NCBI RefSeq assembly: GCF_009914755.1
Contig: NC_060936.1
DNA length: 64,000 bases
Direction: 5' to 3' (one strand)
DNA from: the human T2T-CHM13v2.0 reference genome, Homo sapiens
This document shows positions 35,661 through 52,435 of the stretch, piece after piece; positions within the stretch are counted from its first letter, which is position 1, and each line of letters opens with the position of its first letter. The translations under genes were made by a program, and so were the position numbers. The notes beneath the pieces are model-generated. The model was not told where the DNA came from, searched no databases, and was given only the letters and a program-made list of their open reading frames with translations.

Positions 35661-36726
35661 CCAAGGTTATTAAATAATTCATACATGCTTTTCTCTGGTA
35701 CTTTTAAAGTTTCTTTTTATACATCTAAAAATTGGTTTATAAAATTTATATATTGCCGTAATGATTCAGTTTTATGTTTTTACATGTGGCTGGCCAGTTG
35801 TCATTATAGTATTTGTTAAATAATCCACCCCTTCTCTTCTGATTTGAAATGCCACAAATAAATTATCAGATTAGTAGATTGTTTTGCTATATTAATTTTA
35901 TTTTTGCAGGAATTTCTCACTCTTCTCACTCATTTACTTTTTCAGATGAACTTTAGTATGATTTTGTCAAATTTTCCTCTTCCAAAAAATGAACTTGTTA
36001 CTTTTTTTATTGAATGTGGTATCTCAGAAGTCAAGTGAAGAAAGGGTTTCAAAGAGGAGAGGATGATCAGATTTTTCAAATACTGCTGATGAGTTACAAA
36101 AAATGAAAATTGACCATTGGCTTTAATAAAGTGAAGATCCAAATATCTAAAAAACCATCATGCAGAAGAAAGATTAGACTTGTTCAATATGGCCCCACAT
36201 TAACTCAATCAGCAGATACTCTAAGGAGTCAATTCTAAAGAGAGTCAAACTGTCCAAAACTGATAACACACTACCTGGGAGGAAATCAATTCATTCATTA
36301 TAAGTGGACATATAGCAAAATTAAAGTGTAATCCGTCACTTTATCTAATTTTGCTATATGTCCAGTAGAGTGGGCAGAGTTTATAGTTTGTGCCTAGTTT
36401 CTCCTGTGATTATCTGTTACTTTAAACAATATTTTAAAACTTTCTGTGTCTTGATTTAACACGTTTAAAAATGAAGCCATGTTTATTGACTACTTTTTAT
36501 TAAAAATAGTTTATTTATATTACCAATCCCCCTTCTTGATTTTAGTTGGTAAACTTTTGTTATATTTTGCTGAGTTCATAGTACTTTTCAGTTTTATATT
36601 GTGTTGTTTTTTGTAAAGGAGAAACATTGCTTACTGTAATTATGATTCATATTTAGCTTTTATTTCTGAATTTCAGTATATTTAATGCTCATAACTAGTC
36701 GTTAAAAACAGCTTAACTGTTCCCAG

Positions 36727-37057
<331 letters not shown>

Positions 37058-37504
37058 TGTTCCCAAGTTTTAAACTTTAATTTTTGGTTGCCCAGGAACT
37101 TCTTTGAATTGTTTTGTATGAAGGGTTATGGGTGCTATCCCAATTCCTTGTTTGTTGACCATGTGTTTATGTTATCTTTTTATATTTTAAAAACCATTTC
37201 AGAGATACAAAAATGTATAGAGAATAATATACTGAGTATAATCACTCAAGTTAAGTAAACATTTCAAATATTGTTGAAGTTCATTGGCATATCTCTCCTT
37301 GATAGTACTCCTTTTTATTCTATCCCAGAGATTAATACTTGATTTTAGTATTTATACATGTTCAATAAGAGGAAGTACATATGGCAAATAAATATGAGAA
37401 AAATGTTCAACTATAATGAATGAATTGATTTCCTCTCAGGTAGCATGTATCAGTTTTGGACAGTTTTGACCCTATTTTGTTTAACCAGAATTGATTCCTT
37501 AGAG

Positions 37505-37828
37505 CCTTTGGCACCAGGGACCAATTTTGTGGAATACAATTTTTCCACAGGCCATGCTGCAGGGGACAGTTTTGGGATGAAACTGTCCCACGTCAGATCA
37601 TCAGGCATTAGGATCTCATAAGAAACATGCCACCTAGATCCCTCGAATGCACACTTGACAGTAGGATTCACGCTCTTGTGAGAATCTAATGCTGCCACTG
37701 ATCTGACAGGAGGTGGAGCTCAGGTGGTCACGCTCACTTGTCTCACCGCTTACTTCCTGCTGTGCGGCCCAGTTCCTAACAGGCCACAGACCGGCACTGG
37801 TCCATGGCCCAGGAGTTGGGGACCCCTG
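37505..37828 (-). mobile_element. MER1B (hAT-Charlie MITE)
   Basis: Right end gttggggacccctg; 8-bp TSD ccttagag at 37497-37504 and 37829-37836. Confidence 0.9.
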
Positions 37829-38704
37829 CCTTAGAGTATTTGCTGATTGAGATTAACTTGGGGCCATAGTGAATAAGTCAGATCTTTTTTCTGCATGATA
37901 TTTAGATATTTGGAGCTTACTCTTTGGCAGCCCCCAAATCTCAATATCCTACGTGAAGTATTTTTATTCCCCTCATTGTTCTTATTTGCTTTGGTTATTT
38001 TTTCTGATGACTTTTATGTGTCTAAACTGATTTTTCTTCCATCTTGACTTGTTTAGTTAGGATTTTGGATCTAATTGCAAGAGAGATGATTAAAATGGGA
38101 TTCATGTTCCGTTCACGGCCCTTAGCTGAAATGTGGGCTACTCAGTGAAACTCACTAACGTTCAGTTTCTTCATCTGTAGAGTGGATATAATAGCTACTT
38201 AAGGATGTTCTTGTTTAACGATGTAATGTGTATGAAATCATGCACCTTGGAACCTGTAAAGTGGTATATACTCAGGATATGAGGTATCAACATAATTTAT
38301 TCTCATTAAATTTCATTCAGCCAATTACTCTGAATTTAGAATCATGGAGAATCTTTTGACTCTTGATTTGATTGTTTAGTCTAACAGTAATTTAGTCTGA
38401 CAATCAAGTCTTGATTTGACTAACAAATCGTTTAGACTAACAAATTGTTTAGCCTTGATTTGATTGAAGGATTGTCAATCCTTCAATTTCATGCCTTCTA
38501 CCCATTTATAAACGTGCTCTGTATACTTTCGTATAGACAATAAAATGTTGAACAAGCCCCCAAAAGATTTAGGTGATACATTGTAAGAAACTGCTGATCA
38601 GATTGATATATCCATCACAACAATTCTAAAAGCTTTTTTTGTTGCCTGTAGAATTTTTTTTTGTAAGCTCACTTTGTTTGCAGGTCCAGACTTTTATAAA
38701 TCTA

Positions 38705-39029
<325 letters not shown>

Positions 39030-39067
39030 CAAATCTAAGATCAGCCTGTAAAATTCCTTCTTCTTTA

Positions 39068-39205
39068 AATTTTCTTTTTCTTTTTGTAGAGACAAGGTCT
39101 CACTGTGTTGCCCAGGCTGGTATCCAAACTCCTGGTCTTAAGCAATGCTCCTGCCTTGGCCTCCCAAAGTGCTGAGATTACAGGCATGAGCCACTGTGCC
39201 CAGCC
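39068..39205 (-). mobile_element. FLAM/Alu monomer
   Basis: Single antisense monomer. Confidence 0.88.
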
Positions 39206-41784
39206 TGAAATTCCTTCTAATGATGATACCTTGATAGTGAACCACCTCAGGACCACCACCTACACATATTTTCCTAGCGTTCTAAGCAATGTATGCACTG
39301 GAATAGTCTTTGCTGTTTCTTCTTCTTTTTCCTTAATGAGTACATTTGTAGTTGTACAGTCAAAATTATGTTCTTGTGGGTCTCCCAGTCTTCCCAGTCT
39401 TTCTAAACCGTCCTCATTCCGCATAGTGTTTTCCACTATGTGCTAGGCAAAGACATATAGATGTGGTCTCTGCTCTCAGGAGTCCCAGAATTATGGGAGG
39501 TTAGAAGGTTATGATACGAATGGTATACGGTGGGGCAAAAAAACGAGGAATTTTAGATTTAGCCCTGTATGAAAGGAGTCTGAGGAAGTCTTAGGAGCTG
39601 AGTCTTGAAAGTTTGCAAGGTAGATGGAGAAGGGGGCATCTAAGCCTGGAGAGTGGTGTCAATAAAAACGAGGAGGGGTGTTCCTTTCCACCGTGTCATG
39701 CCCTGGCATTTCACTTCTGCTTTTAAACATTCGTAATATACGCTCTTAAAAATTTCTGGTAGAGCTCTGCATATGAATGCCGTTTCTGTCTCATTACGAA
39801 CTCTGAAATCACTTGCTCCCTGGCAAAATTATACCCAATTTTTACCTAATGAGAAAAATTACAGTGAATGTAGTCATCTTTATTGACCTGTTAATTTAGG
39901 AAGCAGTTGAGTTGAGTTTTTTTCTCCTCTGTCCCAGAAGATTTTCAATCAAAAACTGTAGAAATTTATCTTCAGTGGGATATTGTGGTATAACTTTTAA
40001 GGTAGAACTTTAGGTATCCCTGTAGAGATGCCTTAATTCTGTACAAAAAAGCCTTAAATTCTGTACTTTGCTTCTTGATTCAGACACTTGTTCCCTAAGG
40101 AAGAAGAATATGGTAACACTACATTTATCCTTTTCTTGTTCTTTGGTGTCTACATTCTCTAATCATTTCTTTCATGAATATTATAACTGTATATTTAAGT
40201 AATATTTAAATATTGTAATATTTAGGGAGCAGTACTGAGAAACTATGTTATTTTGGCATTTATCTAGATATACTTAAAAGAAATTTTTTCTTCTGAGCAC
40301 AATGGCAGTTATGGTAATCGCTGGGTTATAAGTTAGTCACATACTGTGGACTGTCTCTGGTTCTGTCTGGGCCACCACTGTCCACCCATAGTCTTCCTTG
40401 CTTTCTAAGTAGTATACATATTTGTATGCACTAGGGTAACCCAGTGCTTAGAGAATGAAACGAGACAATAGCAGATGGCCAAGCGTGCTGTACAATGGGA
40501 TTAGTATTGGGCTCCTCCTTCCCAGGGTTCTCCCCTATGGTTTAAAGTAGTTCTGTGTTACAGTAAATTTCTTATCTTTATAATAAATCACTGACCTGGA
40601 AAATGTAATTGAGCATTTGAATCTGAGCTGCATTCAAAATCTGTGTTAAAATTGTACAGCTTCTTGCTTGATTGATTATAAATGATAATGTAGCTTGGAG
40701 TTTAATTTGCTTACACAGATGCTATCAACATTCCCTTCCATGCTTCTGTAACTTCTGTTTATTTCGTTTTGCTTGCATCTCCAGTTTCCTAGGTTTGTTT
40801 TTTTTTTTTGTCCTAGTTGGTTCTTTAAGTCTCTTCTATTTTGTTTTGGGTAGGAGGTCAGAAAGAATAGGTCCTTTGTATGTTCCGTTTGTTTTCTGTG
40901 AAGTCTTGGATAAGACAGTTGTTAGTTTGTTCACTTTTTCCATATCATAAAATCGGACAGGAGAGTAAGGTTGTTGTTTTTTTAATTAAAGACAATATTT
41001 ACTAATATATTCTGAGAAAATATTTTATTTTTAAAATTGTGCCTTTTTATTTTTAATAAGGATCAATTCCTGTATTTTCTGAATGTTATTATTTTAAATC
41101 TTAACCCAGCTGTGAAGCAAGCTAAGTTTAGAGAAGACTGTGTCAGGCCTAATTGAACTTTACGTCTGAAACATAATTTAGTTAGATATTAGAATTTTTT
41201 CGTTTTCTTTCCTTTACTTATAATTGTCTAATAGAACTCACTTTGCAGTTCTTTGTTGATGGAGAATATGTATAGTTAAACTCTTGAAATATCATTTTAT
41301 TGCAAAAACAATGCGCAGTAAATGAAGTTTGATTTGATGATTATATTTTTACTGGTAGCTAAGGAAATATACTCTGTGTAAATTTATTTGCTTCATACAA
41401 CTTTTTTTCCCCTCCCTTTTTAAAAGTAAACCTTAAGGAAGTGGAGAGTTTAACTTGCAAAGTATTATTTAACTTCTGTATGTCAACAGGTTTCTGGTTT
41501 TAAATGATGCTGATCCTATACAAGTGATATTTTATAATTATTGAAGAATTATTCTCTTAGAAAGGGAGGTTATTTTTTTTACCTTGTTATAGTGTAAATC
41601 TTTTAATTATGATATGTTCCTTAGCAGTATTCCTTCCACTTCCAGAACACTCCTCTCCAAAAAATACTACAAAATAACAAAATACCCCCTCATCCCTACA
41701 TTGTGATAATCTAGAAATAATAAACTTCAGATATAAGTGATTAAAACAACAATAAAATGGATGTATTGTGATAGATCTAGCAAA

Positions 41785-43095
<1,311 letters not shown>

Positions 43096-43582
43096 TTCAG
43101 TAGAATAAAACATTGGATAAGGGGTTGGAAATCAAAGAGTGAGTTTTTTTTGTGCGGTATGGCAATAAAATTCTTACTCCCTTTTCTGTTGTCTTATGAT
43201 ATTGCAGCCTTATTAACCAGAATGGAAGTGGAATGTTTCTATTTCCATGTTCTGCTCAGTGTTTTAATCTGTTATTTTTAGGGTTTCTACTGTTATCTGT
43301 TGCTTTCAAACAAGCTACTCCAAACCAGAAAGAATTCTGAACAACTTAAGAGTTGTTTTACCTAATTCAGGAATTACCACAGAGTATAAATGTAATTCAT
43401 AGGAAGAAAGTACAGAAGAATAAGGTATGTGGAAAGGAAGAGGACTAACAGAAGGTGAATTAATGCTACTTACTGATTTTGGCAATTCACCTTGGGTGAG
43501 AAGCACGACTGTCTAGATGGAAACTCTTGTGTATTAGTGATCTAACAAGAACCAGTGTGCTTGCTACAAGACTGCCTTTTAG

Positions 43583-43947
<365 letters not shown>

Positions 43948-44328
43948 GAGAATTTTTAAGAACATTAAGAAGAAATAAACATGGCTAAACTGTTTTGTGT
44001 TATTTGAGGGGGATAAAGCAAGATACATCTCAGAACTTAGAGTGTTTTCACAATTCGTTGATGGATATTGCTTTGACCTAGCACTGAGGGGTTAATTTGG
44101 ATGGAATTTTTTTTCCAATCGAGCTAGAATTCACAGATCATAAAATTTACCATTTTAAACTATATGATTCAGTGGTTTTCAGAATATTTACAATGTTGTG
44201 CAACCATCATCACTGTCCAATTTTCATCACTTCAGAAAGAAACTCACACCTGCTGGCAATTACAACCCCTCATCCTCTGACAACCAGTAACCTCCTTTTT
44301 GTCTCTATGGATTTGCCTATACTGGATG

Positions 44329-44795
44329 AGACCTTCGACTGTGAACTTTTGAGCTAATGCTGAAATGAGTTAAGGCTTTGGGGGATATTGGTTTTGAAAT
44401 GTGAAGACATGAGATTTGGGAGGGGCTGGGTCGAAATGATGTGGTTTGGCTGTGTCCCCACCCATATCTCATCTTGAATTGTAATAACCACAGTTCCCAT
44501 GTATTGTGCGAGGGACCCAGTGGGAGGCAATTGCATCATGGGATGGGTCTTTCTCGTGCTGTTCTTGCAATAGTGAATAAGTCTCACGAGATCTGATGGT
44601 TTTATAAAGAGAAGCTCCCCTGCACAAGCTCTCTCTGTCTTTGCCTTGTGCCTTCCAAGCAAGTCACATGGTGGCTTGCCTTCCAACATGATTGTGAGGC
44701 CTCCCTATTCATGTGCAACTGTAAGTCCATTAAACCTCTTTTTCTTCCCAGTCTCAGATATGTCTTTATCAGCAGCATGAAAATGGACAAATACA
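44329..44795 (+). mobile_element. THE1 internal 3' stub with PPT (44329-44436) plus THE1 LTR (44437-44795)
   Basis: tgatgtggtttggctgtgtcccc...aatggacaaataca LTR preceded by gagatttgggaggggctggg; antisense L1M pieces at 44105-44327 and 44796-45060. Confidence 0.88.
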
Positions 44796-45781
44796 GAAGG
44801 CTTTCAGTCTTCACCTTGAAGTATGATGTTGACTGTGGGTTTTTCATAGATGCTGTTTATCAGGTTGAGAATTCCCTTCCATTCCTAGCTTGTTGCATGT
44901 TTTTATCATAAAAAGATGTTGGATTTTATAAAATTCTTTTTCTGTATCTATTGAGATGATCATTTGGTTTTTCTCCTGTATTCTGTTAATGTGGTACATT
45001 ATATTGATTGATTTTTGTATTTTGAAACTAACCTTGCATTCCTGGGTAAAGATAGATTTGTTTTTAAATAGCTTTGTGTTTTTCAGCTGGATGAATGTAG
45101 AAACTTGTTCTATCAGCATTATTATGGAGACAATAGAAGTGGACCTGAGAGAATATAGCCTTTGGATAAATGCTTAATTTTCAAGTGCTAAGGTGTAATA
45201 TAAATGGACATATGCAAAGGCTTATATTGTAATATTTTTACATCATGGAAATAATTTTGACTCATTAAACATTATTTCTTTGGGCTTTTAAGTAACTTAG
45301 TGAATAATTTGAGGATCTGTGCTTATCTGTGTCGTTTCTCATCTGTTGTTAATACGCCACATTAATGTTCTCAGAGTCTTGCAAGTTCTAGTTGAGTGTT
45401 TTGACCGAGCACACATTTTAAACTTGAAAATTGATAATTATCAAGTCAATAAGGAAGGGTCAGATCCCTCTTCTGACAAAGATTGTTCTTAGTTGTTTCT
45501 CAGGAGATCCTGTAGCAGGAACTTGTCAGAGTAGTAAATACACAGACACATATCTAGAAAAAGACAAAAGATTTAGGGAAAAGTGCCTGGTCGCAGTTTT
45601 AAAGCAGAGTCAATATTTTCTTCTGCTTAAAAACTGCTTATAACTTGACATAAATTCTCTTACATTGCATTCTCATCTGTGGGAATGGCTGTTTGGTTAG
45701 ATGCCCAGGTATCTGTCAACTCTAGTTGAGAAATTGAAGTAACTAACCACGTGAAGAAGTTATTAAATCAGACTCTGATGA

Positions 45782-47115
<1,334 letters not shown>

Positions 47116-47502
47116 TAAACAACATTCTGGATTCTTGAAAAGAATGCCACCGATTAATAATTTGTAACTTCTCTTATGCTTTTGACAGTCTGATGAAAGC
47201 TATGGGCTTTCTCCAGGTAAAAGTGTGCATAGTTCATTTGTGTGAACTGAGATATAATATACACCTTAAAGTTTATCCATGAACTTCTGATTAAAAACAC
47301 CCACCTTTCACCATGACATGGTGAAGAAAAAAATAATCAGAAACACTCACCATCTATGGAACAACCAAGTTGGTGATATACACTGGTTTCTAGGTTTTAC
47401 AAAATCATAAAATATGTGTATGGTTCAAATACAACAGAAATTCATGGCAACTACAATTTCATGTTAATTATAATTTAACTAGAAAGAGTGTAGCTGTTGG
47501 GT

Positions 47503-47920
47503 ATGGTGGATGCTGCGATGATCGATGCAACCTAGGTCTCTCCTGATTGTTGAAGGACTTATTTCCCCAGATCGCTGGAAGTGTTATCAACAGAAAGCCC
47601 TCCACTTTCCCTAGAGATTGTCTTAGCTAAAGACACCACCTTGCCCGAGGGCAAGCCCCCTCCCATGGACATCCAGTGATTGATCCTTATGAGGTGCCAT
47701 GGTTTGAATTCCTTCCCCCTACTTGGGACAACAGCTTCAGAGCTCCTCGTGGGGTTGTCAGAATCCTTTGGGACTTCGTGGCAGCTGAATCGCTCCCTCT
47801 GTACAATCCTCATTTTTCTCCTCCTATCTACTGACTCCGATCCCAAAGAGCACCGTCTAATAAACTTCTTGCATAATAATGTCTGTCTCAGGGTCTGCTT
47901 TCCGGGAAACCCAGTCTTGG
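47503..47920 (+). mobile_element. LTR16-like ERVL solo LTR
   Basis: tggtggatgctg start and aataaacttcttgca...ctcagggtctgctttccgggaaaccca end. Confidence 0.75.
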
Positions 47921-50481
47921 GTAGAATACAGGGTAGGATATGAGTGCAAGTCAGCATCTTTCAACCCATAAAAGTAGACCTGGCGAAAATAAAAATTCAA
48001 TGAGATGAACTTGAATTTAAATTAAAAATAAGTGAAACATCTCATCATATTTCCTTCACACCTTATATTCAAGTAGTTTTTCAGAGTCTTGGTTTCTTTG
48101 AATTTATTTGTGTCTCTCAGTCTTTCTTTGAAGAAAGACTCCCCAAATCTCTGAAAGCTTGGTTTGTTTGGTTACACATTATGAACTTGTGAAAGGTGTG
48201 GGTTAAATAATACAGTTGCTTACATGCCCCAAAGAAACCCCTAGAGGTTTTCTATGTTGGCAGGTGAATATGATAAGAGAATCTCCTTTTGCTAAGATTT
48301 CTTGGACTGTATTTAGAAAATATTTGGTTTTGGCATTATCATTAAAATTGTAGATGTCCATTCTAAATATATGAAAAGTATGGAAAAGCTATAAAAAGAA
48401 AAAAATCTGTGTAAAAATAAACTTCTCCTCACTTGAAATTGGTATAATATTACACTTACTTTTTGGTGACCTGTCTTATTCATGTAATAGTGTATAATAA
48501 ACAAGTTTTTGTATCCTTAATTCTCAAGAATATGAATTGTAATGGTATAATATTCTTTCCATCCAGTGGATAGACCATATTTAATTTGGCTAGCCTTTTA
48601 TTGTTAAGTGTTTAATTATTCCCAATTTTTAAATTATTACAATACAATGGATTTTTTTAAAAAATTAAGCCTCTTGTGCCTGCTTTAGTTTTTAAAAAAA
48701 TATTGGATCTCTCATCACTAAAATGTAGTGAACTGAGACTAGGCTACCTAGACAGCCACTGTAACTGAACAACTTCAAGGGAAGCCATTCACATCGATGA
48801 TGTGAATTGAGGGCCTCAGTGAAATCTCATCATTGCTACTGCCACAGAAGGATTGCCGTTGTGGATTTATGTGCCCTCTTTGTCTTTTGAGCAATTTTAG
48901 CACAGGGAGGTCTGTCAATTTTTTATATATGCTGACTAGATAGAAAAAGAAGGGTTTGAGCTATTTTCCATAATTATCTACCAGGCAGATCTTGACTGGC
49001 AGTGACCTTTGGTCTTACCAGCTTTTGTGTCATTGTATCCAGTTGTTCTAATGCGAGAGGCCCCTAGTTCCATGATCTGTACCATGAGCAAATCTGTCAA
49101 GGAACTTTCTTTCCTACCAGCAATTAATAAAATCTACCTGGAGCAGTGGACTCTGAAAATATATTTTCTTAAGGGCTATACCATTCCTGTATAATTAAAT
49201 TTGAACAGTTTTAAAGATAAAATATAGTAGTATTCTGGTGAAGTTTATTACTTTTTAAATGTTCTCATCTTCCTTAGAAGAATATTGTTATATTTTATAA
49301 TTGAAAGAGATGTTACTAGTCTTTTGTTTTACAGTTAAAGTGATGAGAAAGATTAAGCAATTTGCTCAATGCCACGTAACTAGTCATTCATTGCAATAAT
49401 TCACTCCATGATCTGTACTATGAGAGAACAACACAACTGACAGGGAAACCCAACCAAGGAAGTGTTACTTGCTACCCGACATCTTTGCTGGGCTTATTGA
49501 GGACCATAAGCAGTAATTGAGAATACTGATATGAAAACTTTTAAAAACCCAAATTGAATTTAAAACATTGCTTAGAGTTTCTTATGGTTTTGTCAGTCTT
49601 GCAGCTTCTCATCGCTGGAAACAAGTGGAGAAGCAAAATTTAGATGTCAGCAATAGTCTGGGCAAAACATTCTTTTTTTTTTTTTTTTTTTTTTTGGTAA
49701 ATTATAGTTTTGCCTTGTTTGTACATTTTGTCCGAGTGTCTGATGGTGGACAAACTGTTGACCAGAAATCAGGGGACTTAGAACCTGAAAAGGAAAAATT
49801 CACTATTAATTACTATAGATCCCTCTTTGCCAACTGATTATGACCAGTTCATCCAGACTGTATTTCTGCCATCAATACTGAAAGGTATTATTAACCAAGA
49901 AAGTAAAGGTCAGAGCCTTTTTGAATAACTGATTTCATACAATAAATTTGATGCTGATGGCTATTTAAAAGAGCTGTGGAGGCACCCTCAAAAATGTTCC
50001 TTTCCCTTAAATGATATTTAAAGTGAGCCAGGGGACTGCAAGAAGTGTTTTGAGCTGTCTTGTCCTCAGAACTGTGTCCTAGAGGAAGTCTCTTCTGCGT
50101 TTGCCCAGTGATTTGGGCCTCAAAGGCAGAGTAATCAGTTCCACTTGACTGGAAATAAATCACCCAGACTGAAACATGATAGCTCCTGACAACTGGGCAG
50201 GGCTGATAAAAGCCAAAACAAAAGATGTCAATAAATCTGTGCCAATGTGGAATTAGTATGCAGATTTGATGAATTCACTCTGTAGCTTTGCAGTCAGCAT
50301 TAGACTTCCTCTGATTTTATCAGTTTTTCTTTCTTGTTGAAATAAAAATTGTATGAGGACAAGAAAGCCTCTATATAAAATAACCATTTTATTTCTGTTT
50401 CTTTCCACCCTAGTAAACAGAACTGTACCATGATTACAGAGGTCATTTTAAGGAATAACGTCGTCTTTCTCCAAACAGTTA

Positions 50482-50800
<319 letters not shown>

Positions 50801-52163
50801 ATATGTATTTCTTGAGTTTACTACTCAATAATGATAATTATATATGATAGTAAACTGTATATATAAACCTGTTGGGTATCACCCCCCTTCTATTATCATT
50901 GACGGCACAGATGTGTAGAATAAATGCCAGTTCCTTTGATCACTACAAAATTTTGCTTGTACAGAAATTGAATATATGCTAATAGGTAGTGATTTCTTTC
51001 TATGTCAGGGAGAGTTTATACAAAAAAAAAACCCATGGGATTATAAAATGTATCCTTTTCTGTAACAATTATTTTATTAATTTTCAATTTTAAAACTAAT
51101 TTATGTAACAGAAGAAAAACCTTTTAAATGTTTTATTGTCAGGTCCTCCTTGGTCCGTCTGTCTGTAAATAAACTAGCTTCCTTTAACCTTGAAAGTTAG
51201 GCTAAACAGATTATTTGAATAACGTCGTGGTCCTGAAATCCTTAACGTCAAGCATCTTTGGCTCTGCCCAGCAGCTTTAGTGTATGGTGATTAGATGTAT
51301 GTTTCATCCATGAAGGATGTACTTTTCCATTTGCAGTGGTTTGGTACCTCATTCTTTGGGGGTTCGTTTTATTCTTTGCTTCAGTAGGGGGTACATTTTA
51401 AGTACATGATCGTAGCAATGGTATACTATATTAATAAACACTATAATCATAAGAAATCATTTATGGAAAGATGCTTTATGTGATTACTTTTTCAGTTTTT
51501 CACCATAGAACATATTATTTATAGGGTGGTAATTAAGAGTAGATTCTGGAGCTACACTACCTAGTGATTTTCCCATAGGCCTGTAGTGATGCTTAAATCA
51601 TTGTTCCATATAAAGTCCTTGCATCAGTACCTGGCATGTTTTTAAGTGTTGGCTGCTTCTGTAATCTACCTCCCCACCACCACTGTTAGAATCGTCGTTC
51701 TTGTTATTTTATTTTAGGGGTTCTGTGGTTTATAGTCCTAAACAATGGAGAGTTTTTAAAAACTGGATATTCCGAGCATATTTAAAAGGGTATTTTTCTG
51801 CTAAACGTGATTCTGAACAATCATTTTTATCTTTATGTTCTAGTATGTGCATAATGGATCCAGTTTTTCTCTTGGCTGTTCAAAGCTTCTTATAAATCTT
51901 ATATTTCAGATCCTATGGGTACTTGAATTAGTATAGAATAGACTCTCTGCTGAATATTTTATAAAAATGGCATAATACATACTGAAATAATATGATATGG
52001 GACTATCAGAGTAAACAGCATTTATAACCTCAACATTAGCTTGGTGAAAAAGAAGAGAATAATGACAAGAATAATGTGGTAACATTCATTCTTCAGCTGG
52101 TCAGTGACACATATAAACTGAGGTCCTTGATCACAACGAAAGTGAGGATATGTCATGGGAGCC

Positions 52164-52435
52164 TTCAGTGGGGCTCAGCTGTTACCCATCATGATGCTGA
52201 ATTCAGTGAGTGAGGGCTCAGCTGTTATCCATCGTGATGCTGCAGTCAGTGGGGCTCAGCTGTTACCCATCATGATGCTGGATTCAGTGGGACTCACCTG
52301 TTATCCATTGTGATGCTGCATTCAGTGGGGCTCAGCTGTTACCCATCATGATGCTGGATTCAGTGGGGGCTCAGCTGTTATCCATTGTGATGCTGCATTC
52401 AGTGGGGCTCAGCTGTTAGCCATCATGATGCTGGA
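52164..52435. repeat. 38-bp minisatellite, 7 copies, alternating A/B variants
   Basis: Consensus ttcagtggggctcagctgttacccatcatgatgctgga. Confidence 0.96.

Noticed and set aside
43452-43493. 10-bp inverted repeat aaggtgaatt/aattcacctt
   Set aside because: Short arms with a 22-nt loop; plausible by chance in 64 kb of AT-rich DNA
47559-47957. 132-aa minus ORF
   Set aside because: Lies within an LTR16-like element; no recognisable protein features
52164-52435. CRISPR-like array
   Set aside because: No unique spacers; eukaryotic tandem minisatellite
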